DNA from: Octopus bimaculoides
Taxonomy: Eukaryota
Length of the DNA: 53,893 nucleotides
Reading direction: 5' to 3'
Assembly: GCF_001194135.2 (NCBI RefSeq)
Contig: NC_068987.1
Location: 33,631,651-33,685,543, forward strand
Shown here: piece after piece, positions 49,396-53,893 of the stretch
How the letters are laid out: each line of letters opens with the position of its first letter
Position numbering within the stretch: position 1 is the stretch's first letter
Translations under genes and position numbers: made by a program
Notes under the pieces: model-generated
What the model saw: the letters and a program-made list of their open reading frames with translations, nothing else
Databases searched by the model: none
Told to the model about the DNA's origin: nothing

Positions 49396-51477
49396 TAAAT
49401 GGAAGACGGAAGATGGAGTATACGAGAATATTTATTAATTACGACAATGGTTTCGACACATCTACCTTTAAATATGTATTAGAATCGTAAAAATGAACGG
49501 ATTATAACACTGAATGAAATCTTCAGACGAAAAATTCTCACCAATCATCGTACCAAAATTAAGTATCATTAAGGCAGCTAAGGAATATTAAAAACGCTTG
49601 AAAGTAAAGATGAATCAGATTTCACAACAGATTGTTTGGAAATATTTTAATAAATGTAACAAAAGTCTAAAGAGAAAAATTGGTTTGCTGACAGTGTTAT
49701 GTAAGTATACTGATCACGATGGGACTAAATTACATAAAAGCTAGTCATAGAATACTATCAAGTCCGAAATCCCAAATTGAAAATTCTTTCATGCAAAGCA
49801 GGAATACATAGCTCTAAAAGGATTTCTAAGTAGAAGACATAGAAGAAAACTGAAAAAAAAAACAAAATTAAAAACGATATCTTCATCGTTGGTAAGTGTT
49901 GTGAAACAATGATCTCTACTTATTTCTTATCCACGTGGATTGATGTGAAGCCATAAAAATTTGCTTTTAGAATGGAACAAATCTTGACATTAAACTACAA
50001 ACGTCCTAATAGTTATGTCAGACATCTCAGAAAAGAATTAAATTGCTTACGTTTCAAATTGCTTACTTTTCAAACGTTGCTGTCCACTTGACATCAACGG
50101 GTTAAAATATAACCAAAATAAAGGAAACATCCTTCTCCCATTGACGAGGGGAGTACCTTTGTAGACAAGTGTGTGGAGTAGAATTTTGGGTGAAATAACC
50201 GATGCCCATTATTGATATAATCTTCAGTGCGAACGCAATCGGAGCAACTAAAATGTTGCAAGGCCAACAAATTATAAGCGTGTATGATCACGAAAACAAC
50301 ATCAAGAGAAGAACAAACAATCATTCGCAGGGATTTGTTTGCTTTAAAATCTTTGTAACCGAGAAGGTGGCTGAACGAAGATTTTTAAAATCGGACGAGT
50401 ATATATCTTTAATGAAGAAGAGAAAACATGCATGCATTGACGGGCAGATAAATGATTGGGAGCATCTTTCTTTCTATCCATATAGCGTTCTAGCTATCTA
50501 TATACGTATCGCCTATCATACATATATCCATGTATATATATTTATTTAACTCTCTAGCTACTACACACGTTCACACTGCACCCACACAAACACATGCAAA
50601 CCTACTTATATAAATACTAAAATGTACAATAATATTAATATTTTCTGTAGTTTCTAGATATTTTAAAGCATGAGTAGTCAACATATAATGAGTTAAGTTG
50701 CTGCAATTTGTTCGAACTACACCGAATAATATAATTATGCATAAGTACAATATTCTTCAGTCTTTTTGTTTAAAAGTGGGTAAAATTGTAGCATTGCTTT
50801 AGAAATGTTGAATTGGAAAAATAATAAAACAAGCCGAACAATGAATGCTTCACAATTAGTCTGAAAATTCAAATACAGCAATTGAATTCTAAATTTATAA
50901 AATTAAGAATGAATTCGAAAAAGAAATAACATAAAAATATTGGAACTTTTCAAACTTTTACACGCGCGCACACGCACACACACATCCACAATAATACATA
51001 ATGCATGTACATACATGCATTGTGTATATAAATGCATAAACTTTTATGCGTATGGGTGTATGTGTCAGTGTCTGTATTATACTACATTTTCCCGAATGTA
51101 ATACAGTAGTGCTGATATTTTCTTTAAAAAACTTAAATGACGACGATTGCTGGAGTTGCACGTACTGGTAGAGCAATTGCTCTATATAAGAGGATTGTTC
51201 ATTTACGATGAATGGTTTGCTTTCAATTCTGGTTTCTACTTCTTTAAACTTTTTCATGCATCTATGTGTATTGGTCTCCTCAGTGTTGTTATCACCTTAG
51301 AAATCCTGTTGCATTGTAGGTAGTGGTGGATTAATAGAGTACTTCTTGATAGTTTGCCTTCATTTCCTTGTCATACTGAATAGGCACCTCAAATCGTGGC
51401 ATAATATTTAACATGTACAATGATTAGTAGTATGAGTTGAGCCACTGCTTATCCGTATAGATCTCCAAATGACGACA

Positions 51478-51693
51478 TATTGGTTTTAAATTTTGGTACA
51501 TGGCAAGTAAAATTTGTGGGAGGGGGGAAGACGATTACATCGACCCTATTGTTCAACAGGTACTTATTTTATCAACCCTTAAATGATGAAAGGCAACGTC
51601 GACGTTAGCGGAATGTGAACTCAGAAAATGAAAACGGACAAAATGCCATTAGGCACTTTGTCCAATATGGCAATGATTCTGCCAGCTCGACGC
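51478..51693 (-). mobile_element. SINE family B
   Basis: Reverse match to 35146-35360 from head to tail. Confidence 0.85.
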
Positions 51694-51696
51694 ATA

Positions 51697-51703
51697 AATA
51701 ATG

Positions 51704-51756
<53 letters not shown>

Positions 51757-51771
51757 TAAAAAAAATAAATA

Positions 51772-51830
<59 letters not shown>
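51697..51830. repeat. (AAT)n microsatellite
   Basis: Directly visible. Confidence 0.95.
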
Positions 51831-52009
51831 CCCAACTTATTGGTAGTAAGACCTCTGCAGTTTTGATTGACTTGCTAGAGATGGTGTCTCGATAACAGTG
51901 GCTAACCTTAAAACACATACCTCTGTGTTGAGTGAAAATGTCTAATACACGACTCCAGGAGCTTCAACAAAACCCGTGTTAAAGAGACAATAATAATTAT
52001 AATAATAAT

Positions 52010-52403
52010 GATTTCAAGTTTTTGCCACAAGGGCAGCTTGGGGGAGGGGATTACGTCGATTATATTGACTCCAGTGAGTAACTGGTACTTATTTAATCGA
52101 CACCGAAAGGATGTAAGTTAAGGTCGACATCGACGGAATTTCAACTGAGAATGTAGCCACAGACGAAATACCTATTTCTTTACTGCCCACAAGGGGCTAC
52201 ACACAGAGGGGACAAACAAGGACAGACAAACGGATTAAGTCGATTATATCGACCCCAGTGCGTAACTGGTACTTAATTTATCGACCCCGAAAGGATGAAA
52301 GGCAAAGTCGACCTCGGCGGAATTTGAACTCAGGACGTAACGGCAGACGAAATACCGCTAAGCATTTCCACCGGCGTGCTAACGATTCTGGCAGCTCAAC
52401 GCC
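52010..52403 (-). mobile_element. Nested or dimeric SINE family B (two 3'-tail variants)
   Basis: The 13-mer CAGACGAAATACC occurs at 52160-52172 and 52344-52356, and the SINE core is present twice with a 184-bp period and different tails. Confidence 0.9.
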
Positions 52404-52746
52404 TATAATATTAGTAATAATAATAATGATGATGATAACAACAAAGAACAACAACAATAATAATTATTATTATACTAATTATAAAATCACAGCGAATAGC
52501 CATCAGCATGGACTTGTGACAGCGAGCTCTCGGGAAGATTAGATCAAATCTGAAAACATCACCAACCAGGAATTACGAATCCGCAAGAACAATGAAAGGA
52601 AACTATGTTCTAATGTAAACCATCTCAGGAAACTGGAGTATATATATACGGAAAAGAAACTTCCCTCAGATACGCCGCCGCAATAACACGTGCGTGAAAA
52701 TGTAAACACATGGATTGGAATATTTCTATACGAAAANNNNNNNNNN

Positions 52747-52791
<45 letters not shown>

Positions 52792-53677
52792 CACATTGCT
52801 ATCTCTTCTCGGTCTCTCACACATCAATAATAAATTATTGGGGACGGTACAGGACAATACATATCTGGTAGCTCACCGCCTTAAGAGATATCGACATGTT
52901 GATGAGCAAAGATAGTTGTCACTTCAGTCCTGATTATGAAAGCAAGATAAAATTAAAACTGTTGTGCAACGAGTGTGTTGTTACGGTCAACAGTTTAACT
53001 GTACTGGGTACACAATTTGCAATTCACTCTACCGTCTTTCGTTATCTCCTCTTCCCTGTTGTTTGCCATTAGGCATTGACACTGGCCGTCTTAGATCAGA
53101 CTTTTCTTTTACGTATTTTCCCAATATACTTGATCTAGAGCTGGCTTTCAATCTAGCCTACCTCATTCCTGCCAGCTCATACAGTATATAGACGATGAAG
53201 TAGATTCCTTCTTCATATGTTGACCATGTTAGAATTTGATTTGGGTTTATTTAGAAAAAGCCCCATTCTAAACACTTTCATTTTTTAGTTCGTTTTCAGT
53301 CTATTGTTTCTCCATAAGGTGGAAAGAAAAAGTACTTTATGGATTTACATTCACATTCATTTGTTTCACATCTATTGTTCCAAATAATTTTACGACTCTA
53401 TGGCGTTTTCTTGTAGAATTCTATCTGCTCATGAATCCACCTTGTATGCTTGCAGGTTAGGTATATTGCAGCTGTAGGAAAATTCCGATGTTGGCTTCAG
53501 GCCAATGCTTATTTCGCTCTTCTGTCAAAACACATCAGTTCACTTAATTTCCCGTTTATAACGCTGAAGGTATTGTATATGACTGAGAATGCTAGCTTCG
53601 TTATAACTACTATCATACTCCTTGTACCGATCACTATCAATACCACTTATATATGCGTGTGTTTATGTGTTTGTCTA

Positions 53678-53679
<2 letters not shown>

Positions 53680-53750
<71 letters not shown>

Positions 53751-53790
53751 CATAGAGAGAGAGTTTGTGTGAGTGTGTATGTGTGTGTGG
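53680..53790. repeat. Compound (GT)n(GA)n microsatellite
   Basis: Directly visible. Confidence 0.95.
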
Positions 53791-53893
53791 GGTTAAATAT
53801 ATATGATGTTCAGAAATTAATAACAATCAACCTATGTGTTTTCGGTTTCTGCCTTGTATTCCATTAGTTTCATTTCAGTATATATATATATAT

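Noticed and set aside
50202-50549. 115-aa plus-strand ORF
   Set aside because: No recognisable motif or convincing splice context; length is within chance expectation.

Overview
AT-rich, microsatellite-dense animal genomic DNA from a gapped short-read assembly (about 6 kb of N runs, mostly flanked by (TA)n or similar repeats). The repeat content (three tRNA-derived SINE families, Dong/R4 LINEs, Tc1/mariner, Helitron, very dense CA/TA/GATA/TATG tracts) fits an octopus-type cephalopod genome; this is inference. No gene could be named. A few minus-strand candidate exons (24-26 kb, 44 kb) may belong to one large-intron gene or pseudogene. Most long ORFs in the supplied track are artefacts of N runs or microsatellites. 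The recognisable coding sequence is decayed transposons: a Gypsy integrase, three Dong/R4 RLE-LINE fragments, CR1/Jockey- and RTE-like 3' ends, and five Tc1/mariner relics, one a full-span DD36E (Incomer-like) copy. The best lead is a minimal type I hammerhead-ribozyme motif (15414-15457, minus). It lies in a tandem unit of about 320-360 bp resembling a retrozyme or Penelope pLTR. An inverted copy of that unit starts at the predicted cleavage site and runs into a Dong/R4 reverse transcriptase. Other leads are a 907-bp palindrome with head-to-head telomeric repeats, a 164-bp solo LTR with a perfect 5-bp TSD, and a SINE inserted in register into a related SINE.
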